Origin: Acetivibrionales bacterium
GTDB taxonomy: Bacteria > Bacillota > Clostridia > Acetivibrionales > JBMNNH01
Length of the DNA stretch: 64,000 nt
Direction of reading: 5' to 3'
NCBI GenBank assembly: GCA_050953835.1
Contig: JBMNNH010000008.1
Span: forward strand, 41,013 to 105,012
Shown piece by piece: positions 6,796 through 15,806 of this stretch (position 1 is the first letter of the stretch; each line of letters starts with the position of its first letter). The notes beneath the pieces are model-generated. The model saw only the letters and a program-made list of their open reading frames with translations. It ran no database searches and was not told the DNA's origin. Both the position numbers and the translations under genes were made by a program.

Positions 6796-8382
6796 TTAAT
6801 CGTCTATTTCTATTTCTACAATAACATTGTTTACTATCTCAAATACTCCTTCCTGCCCTTCCCGAAGGTCATCAATGTCTGCATCATCACCATCTATTGT
6901 GATTTCTACATCGTCACTTACATAGTAAATAATATCTTCCCCATCAACTTCCAGTTCCAGTTTCCTACCGGAATCAAGAATTTCTTCTATCTCGCCTTCC
7001 ACTTCAAATTCATTGTCTTCTGCCTTGATGCTTACCACAACATTATCTTTAAGCTTAAGCTCAGCTTCCATTCCTTCAACTAGTTCATCCAGGTCAGCAT
7101 TTTTCCCTTCTATTTTCACATCCGCATCATCTGAAAGCTCATACCTCTGTTCATCAATCCATATATGGAATACACCACTCAAGTCTAATTCACGGGTAAT
7201 AATCCCTTTAATTTTCTTTTCTTTCTGCTCTTTTCTTTCCCTGTGGACATATATCTTCCTTGCCCTGTTTTTATTATCAACAGTTACAGTCACATCCACA
7301 CCGGTTTCCAGTTCGTCAAAATCTCCTCTTTCATTCTTGAAGAGAACAGTTACATTATCAAGTACCTGGAAAGTAATTCTCATTTTTTCTATTTCAATAG
7401 TTATTTCATTACGGCTTTTTTCGGTTAAAAACCCGGTATATTGACTGATAATTTTATTGTCTTCATCCTTTTCATCAATAACTTCAATAAATATTACCTC
7501 TCCATCTTCAACTTCAACTTCAACCATTAAGCCTTTACGCAAATCATCATAATCACTCCTGCCGTTTTTGCCGTATACAATTACATCATCCTCATCAACC
7601 GAAAAGGTCTTTAGATCCCTGCCATCCTTCAGGACTATCCTGTCATCATCAATAGCATATATAATCCCTCTGTATGTATCATCATCTATATCATTATCAA
7701 TCTTCTCATCCAAATTATAAAACAGTGTTGCCATTTCAGCCCTGGTCAGGGTACCCATGGGATTAAACCTTTGACCGTCCCCAACCATTATCTTCATTTC
7801 ATATACAAGGTACACATAGCCCACAGATCCTACCGGTACTGCAGCTGCATCTTTAAAAATGTCTTCAAGGTCTTCATCCATACTGTCTTCAGCTTCTTCT
7901 TCATATCCAAGAGCCCTTATAATGTATTTTGCCATTTCATGCCTTCTAATAGGTTCATTCGGATCAAAATACATCATATCCACATCATCAAGTATGCCCT
8001 TTTCTTCTGCCAGCGTAATATAGCCCTTTGCCCAGTTTTGTACGTTTTTACCCTTGTACTTCTTTGGCAGGCTGTTGATGGATAAGGCTTCGTCCTCCCA
8101 GCCCATAACTCTTAGGGACATAATAACCGCTTCAAGCTTTGTAACCTGGTTTTTAGGTAAAAACATGCCATTATTTCCTTTAACAATCCCCTTTGACATC
8201 AGCTTCTCGATTGCCTTCTGTGCCCACTTAACAGCGTCCGAATCAACAAAGAATTTTTTGGCTATCCCAGGGGGAACAGATTTACTGCTTCCTGTTTTCC
8301 AGGCTGGCTGCGCAAAAACTGCTGTTGACACCAGAGATACCGTTATAAATAGAGCCAGAATTGCAGATACAAACTTTTTCAT
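6796..8382 (-). CDS. secreted S-layer-homology (SLH) domain protein with acidic C-terminal repeat modules
   Basis: Signal peptide MKKFVSAILALFITVSLVSTAVFA. Three SLH-like segments (FVDSDAVKWAQKAIEKL.., NVQNWAKGYITLAEEKGI.., FKDAAAVPVGSVGYVYLVYE..). These are followed by at least 4 repeats of a D/E-rich ~40-aa module (DDVxVxxxGxxxDxDDLxxGxxVxVxVxDGxV). ATG at 8382 is preferred over GTG at 8391. Confidence 0.85.
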   Translation of the reverse strand: MKKFVSAILALFITVSLVSTAVFAQPAWKTGSSKSVPPGIAKKFFVDSDAVKWAQKAIEKLMSKGIVKGNNGMFLPKNQVTKLEAVIMSLRVMGWEDEALSINSLPKKYKGKNVQNWAKGYITLAEEKGILDDVDMMYFDPNEPIRRHEMAKYIIRALGYEEEAEDSMDEDLEDIFKDAAAVPVGSVGYVYLVYEMKIMVGDGQRFNPMGTLTRAEMATLFYNLDEKIDNDIDDDTYRGIIYAIDDDRIVLKDGRDLKTFSVDEDDVIVYGKNGRSDYDDLRKGLMVEVEVEDGEVIFIEVIDEKDEDNKIISQYTGFLTEKSRNEITIEIEKMRITFQVLDNVTVLFKNERGDFDELETGVDVTVTVDNKNRARKIYVHRERKEQKEKKIKGIITRELDLSGVFHIWIDEQRYELSDDADVKIEGKNADLDELVEGMEAELKLKDNVVVSIKAEDNEFEVEGEIEEILDSGRKLELEVDGEDIIYYVSDDVEITIDGDDADIDDLREGQEGVFEIVNNVIVEIEIDD

Positions 8383-8578
8383 AAATAACACCCTTTCCCA
8401 TAAATGATAATAAATATAAGTATAACCATAATTTTTTGGCTTATAATATATATGTTCGAAATAGGATTATTATTTTAAGGGTATTTTTAAAGATTATTTT
8501 GGTAATTTATTACAAGTTGCCGGTTTTTCTTCTAGTTCACTTCCTCATTGGAGACCAATACCACTATAACACAGATTG

Positions 8579-8686
8579 AACCTTCCAAGGCCGCATAATA
8601 AAAGGGACACTCCCTATTTAAGGAATGTCCCCTTTTGATGGCGTGCCCAGCAGGAGTCGAACCCGCAACCTTTTGATCCGTAGTCA
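8579..8686. repeat. 108-bp direct repeat copy A: tRNA-Arg 3' 48 nt (8639-8686) plus its downstream terminator region; att-like island boundary
   Basis: By eye it is base-for-base identical to 21376-21483. It contains tggcgtgcccagcaggagtcgaacccgcaaccttttgatccgtagtca, which is the 3' part of the tRNA from the anticodon stem to CCA. Confidence 0.9.
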
Positions 8687-8774
8687 TGCCGAACAAAGAT
8701 TCGATTATTGTGTTACTTTCATTTTTTTCATTACTTTATAAAAATATATGCATAAAAATATTAAAAAAGTCAAC

Positions 8775-8823
8775 AATAAAAATAGTATCAATTGACACTA
8801 TTTTTATTGACTCATAGTATAAT
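8775..8823 (+). promoter_or_regulatory. candidate promoter/operator of the toxin-antitoxin-like operon: 34-bp palindrome overlapping TTGACA
   Basis: The arms aataaaaatagtatcaa|ttgacactatttttatt (8775-8808) are 17 bp each with 1 mismatch. TTGACA lies at 8792-8797. Possible -10 elements are TAGTAT (17-nt spacer) or TATAAT at 8818-8823 (20-nt spacer, suboptimal). Confidence 0.45.
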
Positions 8824-8874
8824 AAAGTATATAATTAATTTGTACCTTTATATATGAGGAGATGGTAGTGTTCG

Positions 8875-9252
8875 ATGATAAAAACAGAAGAAGAGGTTGA
8901 AGTATTTTTAGATAAAATACATGCAATTATTGAAGAAGATGAAAGAAACTTAGTACTTTTAGGTCGGACAAAGGGATTGGATAAAACAGATGTTTTTATG
9001 AAAGAATACAATATTAAGCATAAAATGATTTGTGATGAATTATTAAAATTAAGTGTATTGAATTATTCATATACAGAATATGATGATAACCCAAAGTGGA
9101 AACATGAAGAAATATGGGTATTTGGTAAGTTTTTTATGGTTGAAGGAATAGAATGCAACGAGACAATTTACATTAAATTAAAATTGCGAAATAACGTAAT
9201 ATGTATGTCGTTTCATCCCCAAGTGTTCAGTTTAAAATATCCATACTTATAA
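8875..9252 (+). CDS. putative toxin, MqsR/RelE-fold-like (125 aa)
   Basis: The C-terminal half (LSVLNYSYTEYDDNPKWKHEEIWVF....IYIKLKLRNNVICMSFHPQ) parallels E. coli MqsR (LSESDFYKSMTTYSDHTIWQDVY...VYLKITVIHDVLIVSFKEK, from memory). It lies immediately upstream of an MqsA-like gene, as in mqsRA. Confidence 0.5.
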   Translation: MIKTEEEVEVFLDKIHAIIEEDERNLVLLGRTKGLDKTDVFMKEYNIKHKMICDELLKLSVLNYSYTEYDDNPKWKHEEIWVFGKFFMVEGIECNETIYIKLKLRNNVICMSFHPQVFSLKYPYL

Positions 9253-9313
9253 TTATTTTTTAAAGATATATTTAGGTAATTAAATATTATTATACAATTT
9301 AGGGGGATTAATT

Positions 9314-10339
9314 ATGGAGGTTAAAACGGAGGATTTAAGTGTAATGATGCAATATTGTTACGAATGTGACGATAATGTAAAAGTAATAATTAAAGAAGAA
9401 AAAATAGAAACCGAAATAAAAGGAATATGCTTTTCTTATTTAGGTAAAGTTGCTTATTGTGAAAAATGCGGTAGTGAAGTGTATATAGCATCAATAAATG
9501 ACGAAAATACTGAAAAAGCAAATCAAAATTATCGAACAGCCGTTGGAATAATTCAAGTTAGTGAAATTCAAGAATTGCTTATTAAGTACAATATAGGACA
9601 AAAACCTCTAGCAAAATTATTAGGATGGGGAGAATCAACTATCATAAGATACTTGCAAGGTTTAACCCCTTCAAGGGAATATAGTAATAGATTGAAGGAA
9701 CTTTTTAATCCTATAAAAATGAAAGAATTGTTAGATTTCAATAAAAATGCTATTACTAATATTGCATTTAATAAAATTAATAAAAAAATTCAAGAAAATA
9801 TTGATTTAGTAAAAGGAAGTAATATTAAGCCTATAAAAGTTGCTAATTATTTTCTACAAAAGATGGAAGTTGACGCTGGCGAATCTATTACCCCATTAAA
9901 AGTACAAAAGCTAGTTTATTATTCTCAGGCATGGATGTTATCTATGTTTGATAGAATAATTTTTAATGAGGACTTCCAAGCTTGGCAGCATGGTCCAGTA
10001 ATGCCTGAGATGTATGTTTATTTTAAAAATCTTGGATATAACAGCAATGATAGCTTACCTAAAGTAAATAGTTTAAACTATATATTTGATGAGAATGAAA
10101 AATTAGTACTTGAATTTGTATGGAATGTTTACGGTAAATATGATGGCAAATATCTTGAAAAGATCACACATTCGGAAGAACCTTGGCAGATAGCATGGGA
10201 AGATCGCGAAGAAGTAGATAAAGGAAATTCAATTATTACAAAAGAAAGCATGAGACAATATTACAAGAAGTTAAAAAATGATCTCGACATTGAATTAGAC
10301 TCAATAAGCAATCTAAATAAGTTATATTGTTCTATATGA
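9314..10339 (+). CDS. putative antitoxin: MqsA-like Zn-ribbon + HTH fused to a Panacea (DUF4065/SocA-like) domain
   Basis: N-terminal CxxC...CxxC (YCYECDD..YCEKCGSEVY), then an HTH (QKPLAKLLGWGESTIIRYLQG). The C-terminal KVQKLVYYSQAWMLSMFDRIIFNEDFQAWQHGPVMPEMY is the DUF4065 signature. RBS AGGGGGA. Confidence 0.7.
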   Translation: MEVKTEDLSVMMQYCYECDDNVKVIIKEEKIETEIKGICFSYLGKVAYCEKCGSEVYIASINDENTEKANQNYRTAVGIIQVSEIQELLIKYNIGQKPLAKLLGWGESTIIRYLQGLTPSREYSNRLKELFNPIKMKELLDFNKNAITNIAFNKINKKIQENIDLVKGSNIKPIKVANYFLQKMEVDAGESITPLKVQKLVYYSQAWMLSMFDRIIFNEDFQAWQHGPVMPEMYVYFKNLGYNSNDSLPKVNSLNYIFDENEKLVLEFVWNVYGKYDGKYLEKITHSEEPWQIAWEDREEVDKGNSIITKESMRQYYKKLKNDLDIELDSISNLNKLYCSI

Positions 10340-10354
10340 AAGTGAGTGAAAAGG

Positions 10355-10474
10355 ATGAGTCAAACAAAGTCAAGTATCAGAGGGAAGCAAAAAAAGAAAA
10401 TTGTTCCGGTCAAAAGTTATAGGAAAAAGGACGGAACAAAAGTAGCAGCTCATAGAAGGTCAACGCCGGAATAA
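10355..10474 (+). CDS. possible 39-aa Lys/Arg-rich peptide
   Basis: MSQTKSSIRGKQKKKIVPVKSYRKKDGTKVAAHRRSTPE, starting 16 nt after the antitoxin stop and lying before the operon terminator. The RBS is poor. It is below the ORF-track size cutoff. Confidence 0.3.
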   Translation: MSQTKSSIRGKQKKKIVPVKSYRKKDGTKVAAHRRSTPE

Positions 10475-10498
10475 TAAAGGCTACAAAATGATTTATAA

Positions 10499-10532
10499 GG
10501 TCAATGAGTTTATCATTGACCAATTTTTATTT
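10499..10532 (+). terminator. Rho-independent terminator of the TA-like operon
   Basis: GGTCAATGAgtttaTCATTGACC (9-bp stem) followed by aatttttattt. Confidence 0.75.
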
Positions 10533-10722
10533 GTCTTTATATGTTTTTGGCAAGAACAGATCCGCAGGTTATGTAAATAGTTTTGCTGGTTTGTAAAATA
10601 GCTGTCCTTCTTTGTTTATTGCATAATAAAATTGGACAAAGTTGCAAAAGGCCATTGAAGGCACCACACCAAAATAATATCCTTGTAGTTGGTGATAAAT
10701 CGATTACAAGGAGGAATGGAGG

Positions 10723-12238
10723 ATGCTATCAATGACCCAAGTTAAGGATATCAGAAAAATGTATTTTGAGGAAGGGAAAAACATTAGTCAAATAGCCAGA
10801 GAAACCGGCTATGACCGTAAAACAGTGAAAAAATACCTTGACAAAGATGATTGGAATAAAGAGCTGCCAAAAGTAAAAAAGGAACCTGCATTTCCAAAGC
10901 TTGATCCATACAAGACGGATATTGATACCTGGCTAAGTGAAGATAAAAAAGCCAGGCGTAAACAAAGGCACACAGCAAAACGAATATATGAACGGTTGGT
11001 AGAGAAGTACAAGGATGACTTCGACAGTTCCTACAGAACCGTTGCAGGTTACGTGGCAATAAAGAAAAGAGAAATTTTTGGTGAAGATAAAGGTTTTTTG
11101 CCCTTAGAGCATATACCAGGCGAAGCACAAGCAGATTTTGGTGATGCTGATTTTTATGAAAACAGCAGGCTATACAGCGGCAAACAGTTAACTCTAACGT
11201 TTCCACACAGTAATAAGGGTTATACCCAAGTTTTCAAGGGAGAGAATCAGGAATGTCTATTCGAAGGCTTAAAAACGATATTTGAGCACATAGGCGGAGT
11301 GCCGCCAAGGATATGGTTTGATAATGCAAGCACCATTGTTGCTAAGATCATTAAAGGTGGAGGCCGAACCCTGACAGACGATTTCATGCGGTTTATGGAG
11401 CATTATCGCTTTGAAGCAGTCTTTTGTAACGTGGATGCCGGGCATGAGAAGGGTAATGTAGAAAACAAGGTCGGGTATCATAGGCGAAATATGCTGGTAC
11501 CGGTACCGAGGTTTGAAAGCATCGGTGAATTCAATAAAGAGCTCCTACTCCAGTGTGAAGAGGATGCCAAAAGGAAACATTACCGCAAAGAAGGAACAAT
11601 TGAAGAGCTTTACAGGGATGATGCCGCAGCCCTTTTGGGATTGCCTAAAGTAGTCTTTGATGCTAGCAAATACATAACGGTAAAGACAAATGGATATGGT
11701 AAATTTCTGCTTAACAAAGGCTTACACGAATACTCTGTAGCACCTAAATATGCAAATGCGTATGTATTGGTTAAGTTAACTGCTTTTCATGTAATAGTTC
11801 TTGATGAAAGCTATCGTGAGATAGTGTGTCATGATAGACTCTACGGTGACCACAAACAGCAGAGTATGAAGTGGTTGCCCTACCTTAACCAATTGGCACG
11901 ACGGCCAGGGGCATTAAAATATACAGGTATATATCATATGCTGCCACAGCCTGTAAAAGAGTATATGGAGAATATAAGCAAGCCAGACAAAGGAAAAGTG
12001 TTAAGGGCTATTGCTGATCTGACTCAGAAGAGTAGCTTTGAAAAGGCGGTGGAAACTGTCAGTACTGCGCTATCCTATGGTGCTCACTGATATAGACAGT
12101 CTAATAAATCTACACAGCCGGTTGCATAAAAGAGTACTGCAGCTTGAACCGGTGCGCCTGCCTGAGTATATACCGAAGTTAAAAAGGTATGAGCTTAACT
12201 TTATGGCCTATGATAAAAGTCTTGGAAGGCAGGTGTAA
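10723..12238 (+). pseudogene. istA: IS21 transposase IstA, interrupted by a +1 frame change near 12070-12090
   Basis: ORF 10723..12090 (455 aa) ends early. ORF 12038..12238, in the +1 frame, continues the homology to the C-terminus of the second IstA and stops 4 nt before istB. The joined length is 1516 nt, one nt more than the intact 1515-nt istA of copy 2. Confidence 0.75.
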
Positions 12239-12242
12239 AGGG

Positions 12243-12968
12243 ATGTTAGTATCTGATATTGCTGCTTGCTGTAAAAAACTTCGCTTCAGCAAGAATCTGG
12301 TGGAAATGTCGGGTAAAATACAAGCAGACAGCCATCAGGAATACCTGCTTAAACTTCTTCAAGCAGAGATTATGTATCGTGAGAAAGTAAGGAAGGATAA
12401 ACTATTAAAGAAAGCAGGCTTTTATACCATAAAGACCTTTGAGAGCTTTAGATTTGATGAAGTAACGCTCCCTGGCGATATCACCCCAGAATATCTTAAA
12501 GAATGCGAGTTTATCGCGAGCAAGACCAATATTGTTATGTATGGCAACATAGGAACTGGTAAGACTCATCTTTCCATTGCCTTAGGAGTAGAGGCCTGTA
12601 AGAAGGGTTTAGAGGTTAGGTTTTTCAGGACATCAGCACTTGTAAACAAGTTGGCAGAGCTAAAGAAAGCTGGGACATTATCTGCTTTTCTAAAAACACT
12701 TTATAGAGCCGACCTTTTGATCTGTGATGAGTGGGGTTATGTCCCTCTTGACCGGGTAGGAGCACAACTTCTGTTTGAAGTAATATCCGAGTGTTATGAG
12801 CGCAAATCGGTAATCATCAACACTAATATAGAGTTTTCAAGATGGGTAAATGTGTTCTATGATGAACAGATGACAGGTGCTATCATTGACCGAATACTCC
12901 ACCACTGCCACCTACTGCTATTTCCCGGTCAAAGCAACAGATTGAGGGAATCGGCAATAAACACATGA
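12243..12968 (+). CDS. istB: IS21 helper ATPase IstB
   Basis: Walker A GNIGTGKTH, Walker B LLICDEWGY, and C-terminal IIDRILHHCHLL. ATG at 12243 follows the istA stop. Confidence 0.9.
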   Translation: MLVSDIAACCKKLRFSKNLVEMSGKIQADSHQEYLLKLLQAEIMYREKVRKDKLLKKAGFYTIKTFESFRFDEVTLPGDITPEYLKECEFIASKTNIVMYGNIGTGKTHLSIALGVEACKKGLEVRFFRTSALVNKLAELKKAGTLSAFLKTLYRADLLICDEWGYVPLDRVGAQLLFEVISECYERKSVIINTNIEFSRWVNVFYDEQMTGAIIDRILHHCHLLLFPGQSNRLRESAINT

Positions 12969-13069
12969 GAATTTGGCTGGTAAAACTACTGGGGTTAACA
13001 TAAAAATTCCCCATCGGTGCCTGGGGAAAAATTTTTGCAAAAGTGAGGAATTTTCACTTGCAAAAAACA

Positions 13070-13402
13070 AACAGAAAAGAGTCATATGGCGACGGCAATC
13101 GGAGTTGCAGCTTGTTCCAGGAAAGAAGGTAAAATTTTATCGTACATCAGCTTTAGTTAACCTTTTGAGCGAGGCAAAGGCAAAAGGGGAATTACAGCGG
13201 TTTATGAAGCGATTGAGAAAAACAGATTTACTGATCTGTGATGAATGGGGGTATGTTCCCTTTGAAAAAGAGGGTTCACAGCTACTGTTTCAGGTTATTT
13301 CCGAATGCTATGAAAAAAGGAGCGTGATAATTACAACAAACCTGGTATTTAGTAAATGGAATGGTATTTTCTATGATGAAAAGCTGACAAGTGCAATTAT
13401 TG
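13070..13402 (+). pseudogene. istB remnant of a third IS21 copy, cut at both ends by IS21 copies 1 and 2 and internally frameshifted
   Basis: It reads (T)EKSHMATAIGVAACSRK, shifts frame, then KKVKFYRTSALVNLL..LLICDEWGYVPFEKEGSQLLFQVISECYEKRSVIITTN..YDEKLTSAII, and stops at the copy 2 end. It parallels IstB of copy 2 from Walker A to AIID. The first ~33 codons of track ORF 12973..13419 are IS1-end sequence, not real coding. Confidence 0.8.
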
Positions 13403-13532
13403 TGTTTTTGGTACAATGAAAATCGAGCATTCCGGAACTTAAAAAACCCTGCATAAAATGGAAACTCCATTGCCAACACCCAGAAAAAATATTACCCTTT
13501 TAGATGTCCACTCTAAAGGGGGTAAAGAAAGG

Positions 13533-15047
13533 ATGCTTTCAATGGAGCAAATATATCATATCAAATATCTGAAGAATCATGAAGAGAAATCACTTAGGGA
13601 GATTTCAAGAGAAACGGGACACCACTTTGATACTGTTAGAAAATACGTTGAAAAGGAAGACTTCAATATTGCGATGTCCCAGAAACAGAAAAGGAAGGGC
13701 AAGCTGGAACCATTCAAACATCTGATAGACCAATGGCTCAAAGATGATTTATCATCCTGGCACAAGCAGCGTCATACAGCACAAAGAGTATATGACCGAC
13801 TTAAAGAAATATATGGTGATGAGTTTGATGTATCGGACCGGTCTGTAAGAAAATATGTAGCAGCCAAGAAAGAGGAACTCTACAAAGGGAACGAAGGCTT
13901 CATTCCACTTATGCACTATCCTGGTGAGGCTCAGGCAGACTTTGGGCAAGCACAGTTCATAGAAAAAGGAATCAAATATGACGGGTATTACCTTACCCTA
14001 TCCTTCCCATATAGCAATGCAGGGTACACTCAGCTATTCAAATCCGAGAATCAGGAGTGTCTGTTAGAAGGACTAAAAAGTATATTTGAACACATAGGCG
14101 GCTCTCCGAGAGAAATATGGTTTGATAATGCATCAACCATAGTGGATGCGATCCGTAAAGAAGGAGAAAGAGATCTCAACAAAGGCTTCCAGCGCTTTAT
14201 GTTGCACTACAACTTCATAAGTAATTTCTGTAATGCTAATTCAGGCCATGAAAAAGGCCATGTAGAAAACAAAGTAGGTTATATAAGGAGAAACCTCTTA
14301 GTACCGATGCCGGAGTTCGATGACATAAGGGAATTTAACAGGGTGCTTTTAAACAGATGTGAGTTGGACATGCACCGGAAGCACTACAATAAGCCCGGAA
14401 CCATTGCGGAACTATTCAATGAAGATAAAGAAGCCTTAATCCGGCTGCCTAAGATTCCTTTTGAGGTATTCAGGCTTCAAGCTTCCAAAGCAGATAATTA
14501 TGGCAAAGTCAAATACGATAACAGAATATATTCCAGTTCTCCGGAACAAGCAGGAAAACAAGTGTGGGTTAAGGCTGGAGCATATGAAGTAGCTATACTG
14601 AATAGTGACTACAGAGAGATAATCAGGCATGATAGACTCTATGGAGAACAGAAAGAATCCATGAAATGGGTGCCGTATCTTGAGATAATGGCAAAACGGC
14701 CTAATGCACTAAAATATACAGGATTCTTTAAAGAACTTCCTACTACTCTTCAAGACTACTTCAATAAATGTAACTATGAAGAAAAGAAAGCTGCACTAAA
14801 AGCATTAGCCAGAATGATTGGTAACAGTGATATAAGCTTTGCAATCAAGGCATTCGAATATACAATAGGTAAAGGTCTTTATGATACAGACAGCATATGG
14901 GCGTATTACTGCCGGATAATATCCAAAGCTGCAGATGTAATTGATGTTAAAGTTCCAGATAAGGTTCCGGAACTTAAGGGATATCATACAGATACAAGTA
15001 TATATGATAAGCTTCTTTCCGGAGGTGGTAACGGATGGAGGCAATGA
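13533..15047 (+). CDS. istA: IS21 transposase IstA (504 aa)
   Basis: An HTH N-terminus (SLREISRETGHHFDTVRKYV) and a DDE region (..WFDNASTIV..HEKGHVENKVGY..). Start chosen at MLSMEQIY by analogy with copy 1 (MLSMTQVK) and an upstream purine-rich RBS. Confidence 0.9.
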   Translation: MLSMEQIYHIKYLKNHEEKSLREISRETGHHFDTVRKYVEKEDFNIAMSQKQKRKGKLEPFKHLIDQWLKDDLSSWHKQRHTAQRVYDRLKEIYGDEFDVSDRSVRKYVAAKKEELYKGNEGFIPLMHYPGEAQADFGQAQFIEKGIKYDGYYLTLSFPYSNAGYTQLFKSENQECLLEGLKSIFEHIGGSPREIWFDNASTIVDAIRKEGERDLNKGFQRFMLHYNFISNFCNANSGHEKGHVENKVGYIRRNLLVPMPEFDDIREFNRVLLNRCELDMHRKHYNKPGTIAELFNEDKEALIRLPKIPFEVFRLQASKADNYGKVKYDNRIYSSSPEQAGKQVWVKAGAYEVAILNSDYREIIRHDRLYGEQKESMKWVPYLEIMAKRPNALKYTGFFKELPTTLQDYFNKCNYEEKKAALKALARMIGNSDISFAIKAFEYTIGKGLYDTDSIWAYYCRIISKAADVIDVKVPDKVPELKGYHTDTSIYDKLLSGGGNGWRQ

Positions 15048-15757
15048 TAGAAGCATACTGCAAAAAGCTTAAGATAGGCAAAGTATTTTATGAGGGATAC
15101 AAGGATATACAAGCAAATACCCATGAGGAATTTCTATTGGAGCTGCTTAGAAGAGAACTTGAAAACCGTGAACTGGTAAGGAAAAACCGTTACATAAAAG
15201 GAGCAAATTTTGACGTACTAAAAACCTTTGAAGGATACAGCTTTGATAACATACAGATACCACCTGCAATAACTGTAGAAGATTTGAAAGCAGCAAAGAT
15301 CATAGAAAAGAAGGAGAATCTGATACTTTATGGACCCGTAGGAACCGGCAAAAGTCACCTTGCTACTGCAATAGGCATCGAAGCCTGCAACAGAGGCAAA
15401 CGAGTAAAATTCTTCAGGACGGCGGCTTTGGTGAATATGCTAACAGATGCTAAGGTAAATGGGGAACTAAGAAAGTTAATGAAGCAGATAGAAAAGAGTG
15501 ATCTGCTGATATGTGATGAATGGGGCTATATACCCTTTGAAAAGGATGGAGCACAGCTCTTGTTCCAGGTAATATCGGACTGCTATGAGAAACGGAGCGT
15601 TATCATAACTACGAACCTGGAATTCAGTAAATGGAATGGTATCTTCTATGATGAAAAGATGACCAATGCGATCATCGATCGGCTGATACACCACAGTCAT
15701 CTGCTGGTATTCACCGGTCAGAGCTACAGATTAAAACACTCTACCATGAATTGCTAG
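15035..15757 (+). CDS. istB: IS21 helper ATPase IstB
   Basis: GPVGTGKSH, LLICDEWGY, IIDRLIHHSHLL. The start overlaps the istA stop. Confidence 0.9.
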   Translation: MEAMIEAYCKKLKIGKVFYEGYKDIQANTHEEFLLELLRRELENRELVRKNRYIKGANFDVLKTFEGYSFDNIQIPPAITVEDLKAAKIIEKKENLILYGPVGTGKSHLATAIGIEACNRGKRVKFFRTAALVNMLTDAKVNGELRKLMKQIEKSDLLICDEWGYIPFEKDGAQLLFQVISDCYEKRSVIITTNLEFSKWNGIFYDEKMTNAIIDRLIHHSHLLVFTGQSYRLKHSTMNC

Positions 15758-15806
15758 AACTGGAATCTGGGTGCTACAAAAATTAAGTTCCGGAATGCTA
15801 CAAAAC

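Larger units (their letters stand above)
10551..13069 (+). mobile_element. IS21-family insertion sequence, copy 1
   Basis: Terminal inverted repeats are TGTTTTTGGCAAG (10551-) and the reverse complement of cttgcaaaaaaca (ends 13069), which is TGTTTTTTGCAAG. It has the istA-istB gene pair and sub-terminal repeats of ttttgc/ttgcaaaa. No matching target-site duplication was seen. Confidence 0.8.
13403..15806 (+). mobile_element. IS21-family insertion sequence, copy 2 (ends approximate to +/-3 nt)
   Basis: The left end is TGTTTTTGGTACA.. and the right end is ..tgctacaaaac. gcattccggaactt is repeated in inverted orientation near both ends. It has an intact istA-istB pair. No target-site duplication was seen. 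Confidence 0.75.

Noticed and set aside
12973-13419. 148-aa ORF as an intact gene
   Set aside because: Chimeric. The first part reads through the IS21 copy 1 terminus, the middle is a frameshifted istB remnant, and the end reads into the IS21 copy 2 terminus.
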